Both the position numbers and the translations under genes were made by a program. 32,000 nucleotides of DNA, taken from sequence record OZ345387.1. The stretch is one strand, 5' to 3'. A model generated the notes under the pieces. The model saw only the letters and a list, made by a program, of their open reading frames with translations, was not told the DNA's origin and searched no databases. Of the stretch, positions 31,594 to 32,000 are shown piece by piece (the first letter of the stretch is position 1; each line of letters begins with the position of its first letter).

Positions 31594-32000
31594 TTAAATT
31601 AGCATTGATCCTATTCCATCCTTAGTCAGAATTTCTAATAACAAGGCATGCTCAACTCTACCATCAATAATATGAGCTGATTTCACACCATTACTGATAG
31701 CTTGAATACAACAATCAACTTTAGGTATCATTCCTCCAGAAATTATGTTTTGTTGTTTTAACAAATTTATTTGTGACTTATTTGCTAATTTAACTAAAGT
31801 ATTAGGATCATGAATATTAAGCATAATCCCAGTTGTATCCGTCAACAATATTAATTTCTCTGCATTTAAAGCTTCTGCTATTGATCCTGCAACGGTGTCT
31901 GCATTAATATTATATGATTGACCATCTAAACTAGCTGCCACACTAGCAATAACTGGAATATAACCCTCTTTTATCAAAAGCCTTATTATATCTGAATTCA
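31594..32000 (-). CDS. argB: acetylglutamate kinase, 5' end beyond the window
   Basis: GYIPVIASVAASLDGQSYNINADTVAGSIAEALNAEKLILLTDTTGI ... SGGMIPKVDCCIQAISNGVKSAHIIDGR. The frame stays open from 31977 to 32000 (..NSDIIRLLIKEG..), so the track M at 31977 is an internal TTG (Leu). Confidence 0.93.
   Translation of the reverse strand, partial: NSDIIRLLIKEGYIPVIASVAASLDGQSYNINADTVAGSIAEALNAEKLILLTDTTGIMLNIHDPNTLVKLANKSQINLLKQQNIISGGMIPKVDCCIQAISNGVKSAHIIDGRVEHALLLEILTKDGIGSMLI

Noticed and set aside
1-32000. Search for CRISPR arrays, IS/transposon ends, introns, inteins, rRNA genes, or a foreign gene island or defence-type system
   Set aside because: I saw no spaced direct-repeat arrays, no terminal inverted repeats flanking ORFs and no interrupted conserved genes. 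Every sizeable ORF on the coding strands is a standard plastid housekeeping or photosynthesis gene of normal length.

Overview
This window looks like an ordinary, densely packed stretch of a red-algal (rhodophyte-type) plastid genome. It is strongly AT-rich, uses the standard bacterial code and has no introns. I can support 48 protein genes and 4 tRNAs. Genes in order: ycf45 (partial, -), accB, psaA-psaB-rps14, petG and psbK (-), psbZ, trnG-GCC and dnaK (-). A 29-gene co-oriented ribosomal/translation supercluster follows, running rpl3 to rps10 and including secY, rpoA and tufA. After it come petF (-), ycf38 (an ABC-2 permease), psbB-psbT, psbN (-), psbH, psaE (-), ftsH, then trnD, trnS, trn(CAU) and argB (partial), all on the minus strand. 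The combination accB + argB + dnaK + ycf38 + ycf45 + psaE + petF points to a rhodophyte plastome rather than a green or secondary plastid; that assignment is inference from gene content. I hand-translated five short genes missing from the ORF track (petG, psbK, rpl36, psbT, psbN) and the two edge-truncated genes (ycf45, argB). I see no rRNA, CRISPR array, mobile element, intron or obvious foreign insertion, and no convincing novel multi-gene system. The observations worth a second look are small-scale. They are a 366-nt unexplained spacer, a near-consensus internal promoter ahead of rps12, two non-AUG starts, a perfect 32-nt palindrome between convergent genes, tRNAs abutting convergent CDS ends, and an oddly structured tRNA(CAU). 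All antisense and overlapping ORFs in the track appear to be AT-rich artefacts.
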